Shown: one piece after another, positions 12,588-23,068 of the stretch
Layout of the letters: each line of letters starts with the position of its first letter
How positions within the stretch are numbered: the first letter of the stretch is position 1
Assembly: GCA_963740085.1 (NCBI GenBank)
Contig: CAVUCU010000001.1
Location: 1,556,636-1,620,635, forward strand
Source: Nitrospirota bacterium
GTDB taxonomy: Bacteria; Nitrospirota; UBA9217
Length of the DNA stretch: 64,000 bases
Reading direction: 5' to 3'
Program-made: the position numbers and the translations under genes
Notes under the pieces: generated by a model
What the model was told of the DNA's origin: nothing
The model's database searches: none
The model's input: only the letters and a program-made list of their open reading frames with translations

Positions 12588-13629
12588 GAGAGGCCTCGAT
12601 GACCCCGCCGCCGATAACGCTGTCGCCGTCATAAAAAACCGCGGCCTGGCCGGGGCAGACGCCCCGGACCCGTGTCTTGAACACGACGCGAACCGTGTCA
12701 GCGACAGGCGGTTCTATCACTGCCGGGACAAAAGGTGATCGATACCGGACCTTGACGGTGACATTCACGGGAAACGGAAGCTCATCATTGCCTATAAAAT
12801 TGAGGTTCGAAACCACCATGCTGTCGGTTTGGAGCTCTGACAGTTTTCCGAGGATGACCCTGTTTGCGCTATTATCGATTCCGACCACATAGAGCCGTTC
12901 GCCTGCTGCAACGCCGAGCTTTCGTCGCTGTCCCACGGTAAAGAACGCGATGCCATCGTGTTTTCCAACGGCCTTTCCATCGGTCGTTACTATCTCGCCG
13001 GACCGAAGTGCCGCCCGGCAATGTTCTTTCAGGAATGAGCGATAATCATTGTTCGGTACGAAACAGATATCCTGGCTCTCCGGTCGCTCCGCAGCAGGAA
13101 GCGTGAGATTGCGCGCAAGCGCCCTCACCTCCGTCTTGAGCATACCGCCGAGCGGAAAGAGCACGTCTTTCATCTGGTCCTGCGTAAGTCGGTAAAGAAA
13201 GTAGCTCTGGTCCTTTTGTTCATCCGAACCTTTTTTCAGGACAGAGCGGGCTGCGGCTGCATCGTATTCGATACGGGCGTAATGTCCGGTTGCGAGATGC
13301 TGAAAACCATTTGCGCGGGCATAGCGCAGGAGAAGGCGGAATTTGATAAGGTCATTGCATTTGATGCAAGGGTTCGGCGTGCGGCCGTGTCGGTACTCGG
13401 AGATAAAGTCGCTGATAATGTCGCGGGAAAATTCCGCCTGCGCATCGATGATGCGGTGCGGGATGTTCAGGTGGCCGCAGACCCCCTGCGCCGAGCCGAC
13501 ATCGCAGCACAGCCCGGCTGTAAGTTTCAGGGTAACACCTTCAACTTCATACCCCTGTTTCTGCAGGAGCGCGGCGGTCACCGAGCTGTCAACACCGCCG
13601 CTCATTGCCACGAGAACACGCTTTGTCAT
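12577..13629 (-). CDS. mnmA: tRNA 2-thiouridine(34) synthase
   Basis: AMSGGVDSS, CC motif, TPNPCIKCN, ATGHYA, KDQSYFL, ESQDICF, PGQAAVFY. Confidence 0.97.
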   Translation of the reverse strand: MTKRVLVAMSGGVDSSVTAALLQKQGYEVEGVTLKLTAGLCCDVGSAQGVCGHLNIPHRIIDAQAEFSRDIISDFISEYRHGRTPNPCIKCNDLIKFRLLLRYARANGFQHLATGHYARIEYDAAAARSVLKKGSDEQKDQSYFLYRLTQDQMKDVLFPLGGMLKTEVRALARNLTLPAAERPESQDICFVPNNDYRSFLKEHCRAALRSGEIVTTDGKAVGKHDGIAFFTVGQRRKLGVAAGERLYVVGIDNSANRVILGKLSELQTDSMVVSNLNFIGNDELPFPVNVTVKVRYRSPFVPAVIEPPVADTVRVVFKTRVRGVCPGQAAVFYDGDSVIGGGVIEASHVT

Positions 13630-13764
13630 ATCAAGTCATCTATCATATAAGGGCCTTGTCTCCCAAGAGTAGAACAACAGCAGAAGTTGTTGTCTGTTTG
13701 CTCTCGATGAACTTTGCGAGAAACAGTCCCTCGCCCTTTTTTCCGCGCGAACGATTGTCGTCAT

Positions 13765-14481
13765 TCAAGCTTTTTTCCATTTCAGCACCAGAAGCATCAC
13801 CAATCCAATGATAAACAACATTCCGCCGACCAGCGCCCAGATCGCGCCAGGATCCCTGGCGATCACCAGATAGGCTGCCGGACCCTGCTCGAGGTTCAGG
13901 CTCTTGATATAAATTCCCACACCGTTATGGAAAAGCGGCTTGTTCGGACCGAGCGTGCCGGCCATTACGCGCACGTTGTTCTCGAACAAATAGGCCTCCG
14001 CCGCCCAATCCGTCATGTACCCTCGAGTGTTCGTTTCCACCCGGATATCCTTAAGATAGAGTGCCTTGTCCCCCGGCAACTGCGCATACATGCCCTCTGG
14101 CAACATCCCGGAAAGTTTGTATCCCCAGCCCGCGCCAAGCACATGCGCAAGCAAAATGAAGAGGAATCCGAGGTGTACTATCTGCGGCGAGATGCGCAAT
14201 AAAAAATCCGAGCGCGACCATCTTCCCCTGACCGCCTGAACGCTGCACACCAGCGTGTTCATCGTGAGCAGCATCAAAGCCGCAAGGGCCCCGAAGAACC
14301 ACCAGGTATACCACAGGTTGCCCGCCGCCACGCCTGCCGCCCAGTGCAGGAGGATGTCGTCGTTCATCGGCGCAAAGACCTCGCGGTGGGCCGGCATCAT
14401 GTAGGCGCCGATGAAGAAGAGGCAGATCAGCACCAGAAGCGACCAGACGGTTGTCTTGAGCGAGCCAAAGAAAGGCATCAT
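13765..14481 (-). CDS. ResB-like cytochrome c biogenesis protein
   Basis: SLKTTVW, NTLVCS, IVHLGFLFILLAH, DPG near the C-terminal TM; next to ccsA. Confidence 0.8.
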   Translation of the reverse strand: MMPFFGSLKTTVWSLLVLICLFFIGAYMMPAHREVFAPMNDDILLHWAAGVAAGNLWYTWWFFGALAALMLLTMNTLVCSVQAVRGRWSRSDFLLRISPQIVHLGFLFILLAHVLGAGWGYKLSGMLPEGMYAQLPGDKALYLKDIRVETNTRGYMTDWAAEAYLFENNVRVMAGTLGPNKPLFHNGVGIYIKSLNLEQGPAAYLVIARDPGAIWALVGGMLFIIGLVMLLVLKWKKA

Positions 14482-14613
14482 TTTTTGCCAACCTTTATCG
14501 GTTTTGATGATGAACGCGGAAAAAAGTCGGGTTTCTTACGCCGACAAACACCGAGAAATCAAAATCACGATTTATCTTTTCCGTTTTTCCAAGGAACAAT
14601 GGCCGTTCCTTTC

Positions 14614-15315
14614 TCAAAAATCATGCGAGCTTTTCATGAGGAGACCCACACCCACATAGGTAAACAGCACGATCGCAAAGCCAAGGATCCCCAGCCACAC
14701 CACTTTCGGCCCGGTCCACCCGCGGACGAGCCGCGCGTGCAAGTAGAGGCTGTAAAAAAACCACACGATCGTGGTCCAGAGCTCCTTGGGAGTCCAGAGC
14801 CAGTAAGAGCCCCAGGCAAGAGAAGCCCAGATACCGCCGAAGATCATGGCAATGGAGAACAACACATACCCCAGGAGCAGGCTGCGATACTGGTTGATCT
14901 CGGCCGACCGTTCATTGCGATACAAAGCGAGAATGCCAAAGATCGCACCGATCGCGAACAGCGCGTAGGAGAGAAAGGACAGGAGCACGTGGAGTTCAAA
15001 CCAGATCGTTCTGAGCACCGGCGGCAGCGGCCCTCCCATGGACGGTGAAATGATCGAACCGGCCAGGAAGACCAGGATCAACGGGATCGTGAGAAAAGAA
15101 AACAGATCGGGCCTCCTGTTCCATCCCGCGACACTATACACCGCGCCGATGGAAAAGGCGAGGAAGCCAAGCGTGTCATGCAGACCGATCAGGGGGACCC
15201 TGCCGAAGCTCACGGCTGCGGAGACGATGACGCCGGCGTGCAGTGCGAGCGCCAACAGGATCAGCCGCGGACGGTACAGGGACAGGGGATATAGTATGAG
15301 GAGAAGGCTTTCCAT
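14614..15315 (-). CDS. ccsA: Cytochrome c biogenesis protein CcsA/ResC
   Basis: WWD motif GGIWASLAWGSYWLWTPKE with flanking His (LHV, YLHAR). Confidence 0.9.
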   Translation of the reverse strand: MESLLLILYPLSLYRPRLILLALALHAGVIVSAAVSFGRVPLIGLHDTLGFLAFSIGAVYSVAGWNRRPDLFSFLTIPLILVFLAGSIISPSMGGPLPPVLRTIWFELHVLLSFLSYALFAIGAIFGILALYRNERSAEINQYRSLLLGYVLFSIAMIFGGIWASLAWGSYWLWTPKELWTTIVWFFYSLYLHARLVRGWTGPKVVWLGILGFAIVLFTYVGVGLLMKSSHDF

Positions 15316-15433
15316 AAGAGGTGTACACGTGACCGCAGTATATCACGAGGGAGCGAAAACATGAAGTCCCGTTAATTACTGCCGACCAATTTCGGCCTTT
15401 CCTGGTCCCCGGAAGAAGGGTTGCAGCAAGACG

Positions 15434-15467
15434 CAAAAGGCATTCCGGAAGTCCGGAATGCCTTTTG
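15434..15467. terminator. Hairpin terminator downstream of HU
   Basis: CAAAAGGCATTCCGGA-AG-TCCGGAATGCCTTTTG perfect stem. Confidence 0.8.
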
Positions 15468-15494
15468 GAATGACCAGGTGCCTGGGCACAAAAA

Positions 15495-15782
15495 CTATTT
15501 TTTGCCGAGGATCGCTTCTTTGGCGGCCTTCGCCACGCGGAACTTCACGACCTTCTTTGCAGGGATCTTGATGGCCTCGCCGGTCTGCGGGTTCCGGCCC
15601 ATGCGCGCCTTGCGCTGTACGAGCACGAGCTTGCCGAGACCCGGAAGCGTGAAGGCATTCTTCGCTTCCTTGTACGCAAGCGCTGCCATATCCTCCAATA
15701 TCTGCACAGCCAGTTTTTTCTTGATGTCTGCTTTCTTCGCGATGTGGTCCGCAATCTGTGACTTAGTCATTGCCTTTGCCAT
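15495..15782 (-). CDS. HU-family DNA-binding protein
   Basis: MTKSQ, LPGLGK, RKARMGRNPQTGEAIKIPAKKVVKF; AAGGAGG RBS. Confidence 0.95.
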   Translation of the reverse strand: MAKAMTKSQIADHIAKKADIKKKLAVQILEDMAALAYKEAKNAFTLPGLGKLVLVQRKARMGRNPQTGEAIKIPAKKVVKFRVAKAAKEAILGKK

Positions 15783-16108
15783 GAACAAACCTCCTTAAGA
15801 TTGAGCAATATAAAATTTCTAACTGCGCGCGGCAGATTAGTTGCGCTCTATGCGCTTACGGTGAAAAGTATACTCACTCTAAAACAAAATAGCAAGAAAA
15901 ATTTATCTCGTGTGTGCGGGTCTTTACCGTATGTGTCTTTCCCGTGCTCCGGGAAATACCATACGAAACGTCGCGTCTGCGAAGAACGTCACGGCGCCCG
16001 ATAAACCCGGTCCGGTCTTGTTTTCGGAGTTGACTTGCGTGTCGGGTTTATGATAATTTACCGGCATGCATTAATCAAATCACCGCGCACAAAGAGGAGG
16101 CACAACCC

Positions 16109-16234
16109 ATGGCCACAAAAACAAATTTCATCTTGAAGGTGTCCGATGCAAAGCTCGCGGACGTCCAGAAGGCGCTCAAGGACGCGAATATAAACGTTGT
16201 GAGCATCCTGGAAGTTCACAAGGAAGAGGCGTAG
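16109..16234 (+). CDS. Small hypothetical protein (41 aa), not in the ORF track
   Basis: GAGGAGG RBS 8 nt before the ATG; MATKTNFILKVSDAKLADVQKALKDANINVVSILEVHKEEA; TTGACT-16-GATAAT upstream (16030-16057). Confidence 0.7.
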   Translation: MATKTNFILKVSDAKLADVQKALKDANINVVSILEVHKEEA

Positions 16235-16381
16235 CCTGGTGAGGTTTATTGCTGCGCGGAGATTCCCGGCCCGTGTTGTTCGCGCGGAACGCGCGCCATC
16301 GACCGCTTCCGTCCGTTTAGTACGGGAGCGCTTCAGACCCCCGGTCCCGAAAGCTGCTATACTTGAACGATAAGCGCCGCT

Positions 16382-16633
16382 ATGAAAATCACGCTCACTG
16401 ATCTGGAACATATCGCAAAGGACCTTTCGATCAGGGTCTCCTATGAGGACCTCAAGTCGTCGAAGGGCGGCTCATGCAGGGTCATGGAGGATAGCAGGAT
16501 CATTATCAACAAGCACCTTCAGAACAGCGACAAGATCAACCTGCTCGCGAAAGAGCTTGGGAAGTTCGATCTTGGCGGGCTGGACATTCCCGACAACGTC
16601 AGAAAAAAGATCGCGCGCGAGACAGAGGGGTGA
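16382..16633 (+). CDS. Hypothetical protein (83 aa)
   Basis: Native-looking codon usage; KGGSCRV...IIINK pattern. Confidence 0.65.
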   Translation: MKITLTDLEHIAKDLSIRVSYEDLKSSKGGSCRVMEDSRIIINKHLQNSDKINLLAKELGKFDLGGLDIPDNVRKKIARETEG

Positions 16634-16706
16634 TTGCTGCACTGATCTCACCCCCATGGCATGGCCCGCAGACAGGGCTCATTGAACAAAAAAGAGGTGG
16701 CTGTCT

Positions 16707-17216
16707 ATGAAAAGGATCACTGTTCTGTTCGGCATCATGCTTTTCTTCCAGGGCTGTACGTATGCCATCTCGCCCGGCATGGCCGACAAGGCCGACCGGT
16801 CCATTCGTTTCGAAAAACTGCAGGCTGACCCCGATTCTTTCAAGGGCAAGATCATCATCGTCGGCGGCACGATCGCTCAGGCCACCGAGGTGAACGGGGG
16901 AACCCTTCTCGAGGTTATCCAGAGGCCGCTCGACTACTGGGGCAAACCTGAGCGCACAAAACGAACAGGCGGCCGGTTTCTCGTGTTCCATCCGGGGCCG
17001 CTCAACACGATGGCCTATGCACCCGGCGTCGATATCACCGTTGCCGGCGAAGTGCTTGGGACCCGCAGCCCGGTGGTCGGGGGCAAGCAGTATGACTATC
17101 CCGTCGTCCTCGTGAAAGAGCACAAGCTCTGGGAGCGTGAACCGGGGTCGCAGAACAAGGCCCGGTGGATGGATCCGCTCAATAATGGCCCGGCACGCAC
17201 GGGCCGGCCGGAATAG
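16707..17216 (+). CDS. Slp-family outer-membrane lipoprotein
   Basis: FQGC lipobox, VGGTI, LEVIQRPLD, GGRFL, ITVAGEV, YDYP. Confidence 0.88.
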   Translation: MKRITVLFGIMLFFQGCTYAISPGMADKADRSIRFEKLQADPDSFKGKIIIVGGTIAQATEVNGGTLLEVIQRPLDYWGKPERTKRTGGRFLVFHPGPLNTMAYAPGVDITVAGEVLGTRSPVVGGKQYDYPVVLVKEHKLWEREPGSQNKARWMDPLNNGPARTGRPE

Positions 17217-17245
17217 TAACCCAGCCCGTTTTACCGGAGGCCGTC

Positions 17246-17749
17246 GTGATCCGATCACGCTATTTTCCCGTCATCTTAGTTCCGTGTCTATTCGCCCTCT
17301 TCATGACCGCAGGTTGCGCACCGCCATTCCCCAAAGAAACACTTGACAAGGTGAACAGGAACGCCTCGTTCCAGGAACTGAAGAAGGACCCGGAAAAATT
17401 CAAGGGAACCTGGGTCATGCTCGGGGGCATGATCATTGCGTCTAAGAACACGAAAGAAGGCACGCTCATCGAAATACTCCAAAAACCGCTGGGCACGGAC
17501 GGGAGGCCGCTCCAGACAGATTCGACGGAAGGGCGATTTCTCGTTCAGTCCGATACTTTTCTGGATTCAGCCGTATATCATGAGGGAAGACTGATCACGG
17601 TCATAGCCGAGGTTGTCGGCCGCAAAGAACTGCCCCTCGACGACATCATGTATCCGTATCCTCTTCTTCTCGTGAAGGACCTGCACCTTTGGGATCCGTC
17701 GCAGGGACCGCGCTTCTTTTTTGGGATCGGCGTGTCGCACCGGCTGTAG
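17246..17749 (+). CDS. Slp-family outer-membrane lipoprotein (tandem paralog)
   Basis: TAGC lipobox, LGGMI, EILQKPL, EGRFL, YPYP, C-terminal FFFGIGV. Confidence 0.88.
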   Translation: MIRSRYFPVILVPCLFALFMTAGCAPPFPKETLDKVNRNASFQELKKDPEKFKGTWVMLGGMIIASKNTKEGTLIEILQKPLGTDGRPLQTDSTEGRFLVQSDTFLDSAVYHEGRLITVIAEVVGRKELPLDDIMYPYPLLLVKDLHLWDPSQGPRFFFGIGVSHRL

Positions 17750-17857
17750 CTGCTGAGTATGATGAAACGCTGAAAAAGAAGCCCTGCATTCTCAACATCA
17801 TCAAGATCCATACGTTCAATGGCCCTGGGATTTAGCCTGCCGTCTCTTGAGGTTTGG

Positions 17858-17886
17858 TCAGTATTTCGAGCTTTGGATTTAGGATG
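17858..17886. repeat. Solo right arm of the 7-nt TTTAGGA family
   Basis: TTTCGAG CTTTGGA TTTAGGA resembles the right arm at 5601-5631. Confidence 0.45.
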
Positions 17887-17929
17887 AATTTTCGCTGCAG
17901 TGTGGCAATTCTGAGAACGAAGGAGGTTC

Positions 17930-19753
17930 ATGAAAAAAGCCCCCCGGTTCCTTTTTTATCTTCTGATACTCCTTGTTTTCATCAGTATCTTCAGACTCCT
18001 TTCCGAGCAGCCGGCGGAAGAGGTCTCCTACAGCGCCTTCAAAACCCTCATGGCAGAAAAGCGGGTCAAGGACCTTGTTATTTCCCGGGACCATATCACG
18101 GGCACACAGGTCAATGCAAAGGTGGGAGAAAAGGAAAAGAGCTTCTCGGTCGTACGCATTGAAGACCCGGACCTCGTGAAAAACCTCGATGCAAGCGGGA
18201 TCTCCTACCGCGGCGTGGTCTCGGACAACTGGCTCAGGGATTTTCTGCTCACGTGGATACTTCCCCTTGTCGTACTCATGGTCATCTGGAGCTTCGTGTT
18301 CAAGAGGATGGGCGCGGGGAACCCGGGCGAGACGTTCATGAGCTTCGGCAAGTCGCGCGCCAAGATCTACGGCGAGAGCGACGTGAAAGTGACCTTTGAC
18401 GATGTGGCCGGCGTGGAAGAGGCGAAAGAAGAGCTCATGGAGGTAGTGGAGTTTCTCAAGCACCCTGACAAGTTCACCAAGCTCGGCGGCCGTATCCCCA
18501 AGGGCGTGCTGCTGGTCGGGCCCCCGGGCACGGGCAAGACGCTGTTGGCAAAGGCGGTCGCCGGAGAATCCAGGGTACCGTTCTTTTCCATGAGCGGCTC
18601 CGAGTTCGTGGAGATGTTCGTGGGTGTGGGCGCATCGCGCGTGCGTGACCTTTTCCAGCAGGCTGTTTTGAAGGCGCCCTGCATCATCTTTATCGACGAG
18701 CTCGATGCGCTCGGCCGCGCGCGGGGCATGGGCATGGCGGGCGCCCATGAAGAGCGGGAACAGACCCTGAACCAGCTGTTGGCCGAGATGGACGGGTTCG
18801 ATGCCCGCAAAGGGGTCATCATCATGGCGGCGACCAACCGGCCGGAGATCCTCGATCAGGCCCTGCTCCGCCCCGGCCGCTTCGACCGCCATGTGCTCGT
18901 GGACCGGCCGAACATCAAGGACCGCGAGGACATTTTGAGGATACACATCCGGGGTGTCAAGCTCTCGAAGGACGTGGACATCGCCGTGATCGCGGCGCGC
19001 ACACCGGGTTTCGTGGGCGCCGACCTCGCGAACATCGTGAACGAGGCAGCGCTGCTTGCCGCGCGCAGGAACAAGACCGAGGTGGAGATGACGGACTTCG
19101 AGTCTGCGATCGACCGCATCGTGGCCGGACTCGAGAAAAAACGGCGCGTCATGAACAAGAAGGAGAAGGAGATCGTGGCCTATCATGAGTGCGGCCACAC
19201 CATCGTCGCCGAGCTGTTGCCCACCACTGACCCGGTTCACCGGGTGTCCATCGTCCAGCGCGGCATCGCGGCGCTGGGGTACACCCTGCAGCTGCCGACA
19301 GAAGACCGGTACCTGATGACGAAGACGGAATTGCTTGACAAACTGTGCGTGATGCTCGGTGGACGGATGGCCGAGGAGACGATTTTTCACGAGGTCTCGA
19401 CGGGCGCGCAGAACGACCTCCAGCGTGCGGCCGATATCGCACGCAGCATGGTAACCGAGTACGGCATGACAGAAAAGTTCGGTCCCCTCACCTTCGAAAA
19501 GGAACGGCGTCCCCTCTTCCTTGACATGGGTCTGCCCTCAGGGGCAAAGGAGTACAGTGAAGATACGGCGCGCGAGATCGACCAGGAAGTGAAACGACTC
19601 GTGGATGATGCATATAACAAGGTCCGCGGTCTCCTTTCAGGAAATCAGGACCGGCTGAGGACCCTGGCGGCGACGCTGCTGGAAAAAGAGACGATCGAGG
19701 GGGATGAGATCAGAAAGATCCTGGGTTTGCCGGAAAAGAAGGAACAGGGGTAA
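17930..19753 (+). CDS. ftsH: ATP-dependent zinc metalloprotease FtsH
   Basis: Two TMs, [30 protein letters not shown] zinc motif. Confidence 0.98.
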   Translation: MKKAPRFLFYLLILLVFISIFRLLSEQPAEEVSYSAFKTLMAEKRVKDLVISRDHITGTQVNAKVGEKEKSFSVVRIEDPDLVKNLDASGISYRGVVSDNWLRDFLLTWILPLVVLMVIWSFVFKRMGAGNPGETFMSFGKSRAKIYGESDVKVTFDDVAGVEEAKEELMEVVEFLKHPDKFTKLGGRIPKGVLLVGPPGTGKTLLAKAVAGESRVPFFSMSGSEFVEMFVGVGASRVRDLFQQAVLKAPCIIFIDELDALGRARGMGMAGAHEEREQTLNQLLAEMDGFDARKGVIIMAATNRPEILDQALLRPGRFDRHVLVDRPNIKDREDILRIHIRGVKLSKDVDIAVIAARTPGFVGADLANIVNEAALLAARRNKTEVEMTDFESAIDRIVAGLEKKRRVMNKKEKEIVAYHECGHTIVAELLPTTDPVHRVSIVQRGIAALGYTLQLPTEDRYLMTKTELLDKLCVMLGGRMAEETIFHEVSTGAQNDLQRAADIARSMVTEYGMTEKFGPLTFEKERRPLFLDMGLPSGAKEYSEDTAREIDQEVKRLVDDAYNKVRGLLSGNQDRLRTLAATLLEKETIEGDEIRKILGLPEKKEQG

Positions 19754-19978
19754 ACACCGGGAGGGCATGCCCGGAACGCGAAACAGGACTTTACTTGAGC
19801 CCCTAAAATAATTCTTCAATTCCATCACCAGGAAACCCGTCTTCTGCAACGGCTCGTTCCGCCTTTTCAGAGACATTCGTTGCCGGCCGTTCTCGATAAA
19901 AACAGTATATGCTTGACAAGGAACGCCCGGTTACGTAATACTGACGAACATGAACACGAGTCCGGAGAAAGAAAAGCG

Positions 19979-21640
19979 ATGAGCCCCGATCGGCTTAAAA
20001 CGGTGTATGTTGTCGGCCACACAACGCCGGACACGGATTCCGTGTGCTCGGCCATTGCCTACGCGTATTTCAAGAACATCGCGGACAGGCGTTTCCTGTT
20101 CACGCCCGTGCGGGCAGGGAAGCTGAACCACGAGACGACCTTTGTGCTGAACAGGTTCGGAGTACCTGCCTCGGCAGAGATAGACAGCCTCGTTGCCACG
20201 GTGAGCGACCTTGAGCTTAAACGCCCCATCTCCATCGGCGTGCGCGACTCGATCCAGGCGCTGGCCCTCCTCATGCGTGAGAAGGGAGTCCGTTCCGTGC
20301 CGGTCGTGGATGATGCGGGCAGGCTTGCCGGTGTTGTCGGCCTCAAGGACATCGCCCGCCACTATATGGACAGCGTCGGGTTCGCGGACCTTTCCAAGGC
20401 GCCCATTGAACTCGACATTTTGCTGAAAACGCTGGAAGGCCGCGTCATCAGCAACAGCCGGAAACTGACCGTGCTCACCGGAAGAGTGTTCATCGCCGCC
20501 ATGCAGCGGGGCACGATGCTGAACCGTCTGCGGTCCGGCGACGTGGTGATCGCCGGGGATCAGAACGACATCCAGTTGGAACTCATCAGGATGGGCTGCA
20601 CGGCCGTTATTGTGACCGACAATGCGCCCATCGCGAACGAGGTCACTGCCGCGGCCCGAGAGCAGGGCGTTCTGCTCATCTCATCGCCCCAGCCGGCCTT
20701 TGCCACGGTCCAGCTCATGACCATGTCAGAGCCCGTGTCCTCGATCATGACCTCAACGTGCCCCACGGTCGGCCTCTACACGTCCATGGGTGAAGTGCGC
20801 TCGAAGATCGTTGAGTCGGACTATCGCTCGGTGATCGTGGTGGACAGCGACAACCGGCTCATCGGGTTCATTACGCGAACGGATCTTCTGACGCCCGTGC
20901 GTAAAATGGCGATCCTCGTTGATCACAATGAGCTTTCCCAGGCCGTTGACGGGATTGAGGAGGCGGAGATCCTTGAGATCATCGATCACCACCGTGTGGG
21001 CGATATATCCACCACCGCGCCGATCTATGTGTATAATGATCCGGTCGGCAGCACCTGCACCGTTGTGGCGGGGATCATGTTCCTGCACCAGACGCACATT
21101 CCGAAAGAGATCGCCGGCATTCTCCTCGCCGGCATTCTTTCCGATACGCTGCTCCTGACCCTTTCAACGACGACGGAACGCGACCGCATGGAAGCGAAGC
21201 GCCTGGCCGGGATCGCCGGCATCGACATCCCGGCCTTTGCCAAGGAGCTCCTCCATGAAAGCATCCATCTCGAGGACCGGAGCGCGGGTGAGCTGATAGC
21301 GGCGGACTTCAAGGAATTTCTGATCAACGGAAAAAAGCTGGGGGTGAGCCAGATGATGTCGCTGGACTGTGCGGAGATCGATGCGCGCGAGCGTGAGCTG
21401 GTGGATGAACTCGAGCGCCTGCGCAGGGTGAACAACTATGATCTTACCGTGCTTTTGGTGCTGAACCCGCTCGGCAAAGGACAGGAGCGGATCCTGCTGC
21501 GGGGCGAAACGTGGATCGTAGAGAAGGCGTTCAACGTGAAAGTCGTGAATGACACCTGCATTGTACCCTGGATCATGTCACGGAAAAAGGACTTTATCCC
21601 CGCGATCGGCCAGGTACTGAGCACGGGGCGGGAACGGTAG
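19979..21640 (+). CDS. CBS/DRTGG-domain manganese-dependent inorganic pyrophosphatase
   Basis: GHTTPDTDS, CBS pairs, ILVDHNE, IIDHH, GILSDT, SRKK; start reassigned to ATG 19979. Confidence 0.92.
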   Translation: MSPDRLKTVYVVGHTTPDTDSVCSAIAYAYFKNIADRRFLFTPVRAGKLNHETTFVLNRFGVPASAEIDSLVATVSDLELKRPISIGVRDSIQALALLMREKGVRSVPVVDDAGRLAGVVGLKDIARHYMDSVGFADLSKAPIELDILLKTLEGRVISNSRKLTVLTGRVFIAAMQRGTMLNRLRSGDVVIAGDQNDIQLELIRMGCTAVIVTDNAPIANEVTAAAREQGVLLISSPQPAFATVQLMTMSEPVSSIMTSTCPTVGLYTSMGEVRSKIVESDYRSVIVVDSDNRLIGFITRTDLLTPVRKMAILVDHNELSQAVDGIEEAEILEIIDHHRVGDISTTAPIYVYNDPVGSTCTVVAGIMFLHQTHIPKEIAGILLAGILSDTLLLTLSTTTERDRMEAKRLAGIAGIDIPAFAKELLHESIHLEDRSAGELIAADFKEFLINGKKLGVSQMMSLDCAEIDARERELVDELERLRRVNNYDLTVLLVLNPLGKGQERILLRGETWIVEKAFNVKVVNDTCIVPWIMSRKKDFIPAIGQVLSTGRER

Positions 21641-21715
21641 GACCGGAGAGGGAATGCCCGCTCCCGGGCGTTTGACGTATCTCCGTGCATCCGTGGTCAA
21701 CCGAGGTTCTTCGGT

Positions 21716-21979
21716 TCATTTCAGATTACGATGGTCTTTCGCGAAGCTCCTATAAAACCACTGGTCGGATTCAGTGTCACAATACAGCGTGTGAAGGAGA
21801 CCGTCGCTTCCCTTCAGGAGGAAGAACCGCTTTCGTTTTCGTTCGGGCCCCTCTTCTTCGACCCATTGCTCAAGGACCTCCAGTACCGTGATCTTCTCAC
21901 CGTGCGCAAAAAAGATGCGCGGACTTTCTTCGCCGCGGGACCCCGCATAAGAACCCACATCTATTTTGACATCCGCCAT
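21716..21979 (-). CDS. Hypothetical protein (87 aa)
   Basis: YAGSRGEESP...VLEVLEQW...W pattern; AGGGGAAGG before ATG 21979. Confidence 0.65.
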   Translation of the reverse strand: MADVKIDVGSYAGSRGEESPRIFFAHGEKITVLEVLEQWVEEEGPERKRKRFFLLKGSDGLLHTLYCDTESDQWFYRSFAKDHRNLK

Positions 21980-22041
21980 GGTGGCCTTCCCCTGTAATAA
22001 GTATTTCGCGTCTGCCCCCGGGCGTTTCACGCGTGCATGGT

Positions 22042-23037
22042 TCAGGAGACCAGTTTCTCGAGCGTTGCTATCGATGCCGGCTGGCCAAGGACGATCAGCG
22101 TGTCCTGTGCTGCGATCACACTGACGGACTCCGGGTTAAAGACCATCTCGCCGCTCGCCTTTTTGATCCCCACAATGATCACCCCGGTGTCTTTGCGCAG
22201 GCCGGCGTCCTTCAGGTTCTGGCCGACGAAGGGCGATTTTCCGGGGATGAAGATCTCCTCCATCTGCAAGTCGAGATGCTCCCGGCCCGTAGCGATCTCG
22301 ATAAAGTCCACCACGTTCGGCCGCAAAATGGCCTGGGCCATGCGGTGCCCGCCGATGTGATAGGGCGAAACCACCTTGTTGGCCCCCGCGCGCCGGAGCT
22401 TGATCTCGGAGCCGGGCTCGCCCGACCGGGCAAGGATGAAGAGGCCCGGGTTCAGTCCCCGCGCGGTGAGGGTGATGTACACGTTCTCCGTATCCGACGT
22501 GACCACGGACACGAGCCCCTTCGCGCGCTTGATGCCCGCCTTGAGCAGCGTTTCGTCCTCCGTGGCGCTCCCGCGCAGGAAGAGGAACCCGTCTGCCTCA
22601 AGCTTCTCCAGCACCTCCGGATTGTTCTCCACCACCAGGAAGGGGATCGGCTTGGCCGCAAATTCCCTGCAGATGAGCATGCCGATCCTGCCGTACCCGC
22701 AGATAATGTAATGGTCCCGCAAGGCATTTATTGAGGTTTCCACTTTTTTCCTCCCGAGAAATCGCTGGATCTGGCCCTCGAACATGATCTGGGCAAGCTT
22801 GCCCACCGTGTAGCCGAGAACAGACACCCCGAAAACGATCAGCAGGATCGTAAATATCTGCCCGGCGTCGCTCAGGTGATGTACTTCCTGGAACCCGACC
22901 GTGGCAAGGGTAATCACGGTCATATACAACGCATCGAGAAAGCGCCATCCTTCAATGGTCATATAGCCAACCGTGCCGAGCGAAACAAGCACCAGAAGGA
23001 TGAACAATGATGTTTTGAGGTTTCTAACGGGGTTCAT
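22042..23037 (-). CDS. Potassium channel with TrkA-N/TrkA-C (RCK) domains
   Basis: Pore TVITLATVGF, CGYGRIG Rossmann motif, C-terminal TrkA-C. Confidence 0.93.
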   Translation of the reverse strand: MNPVRNLKTSLFILLVLVSLGTVGYMTIEGWRFLDALYMTVITLATVGFQEVHHLSDAGQIFTILLIVFGVSVLGYTVGKLAQIMFEGQIQRFLGRKKVETSINALRDHYIICGYGRIGMLICREFAAKPIPFLVVENNPEVLEKLEADGFLFLRGSATEDETLLKAGIKRAKGLVSVVTSDTENVYITLTARGLNPGLFILARSGEPGSEIKLRRAGANKVVSPYHIGGHRMAQAILRPNVVDFIEIATGREHLDLQMEEIFIPGKSPFVGQNLKDAGLRKDTGVIIVGIKKASGEMVFNPESVSVIAAQDTLIVLGQPASIATLEKLVS

Positions 23038-23068
23038 GGTCTGTCCCGGCATGCGCGTTTCACCGCAT

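Noticed and set aside
15790-16030. Possible ncRNA or tRNA in the HU upstream region
   Set aside because: No cloverleaf or recognisable RNA motif was found; divergent promoters explain the region.
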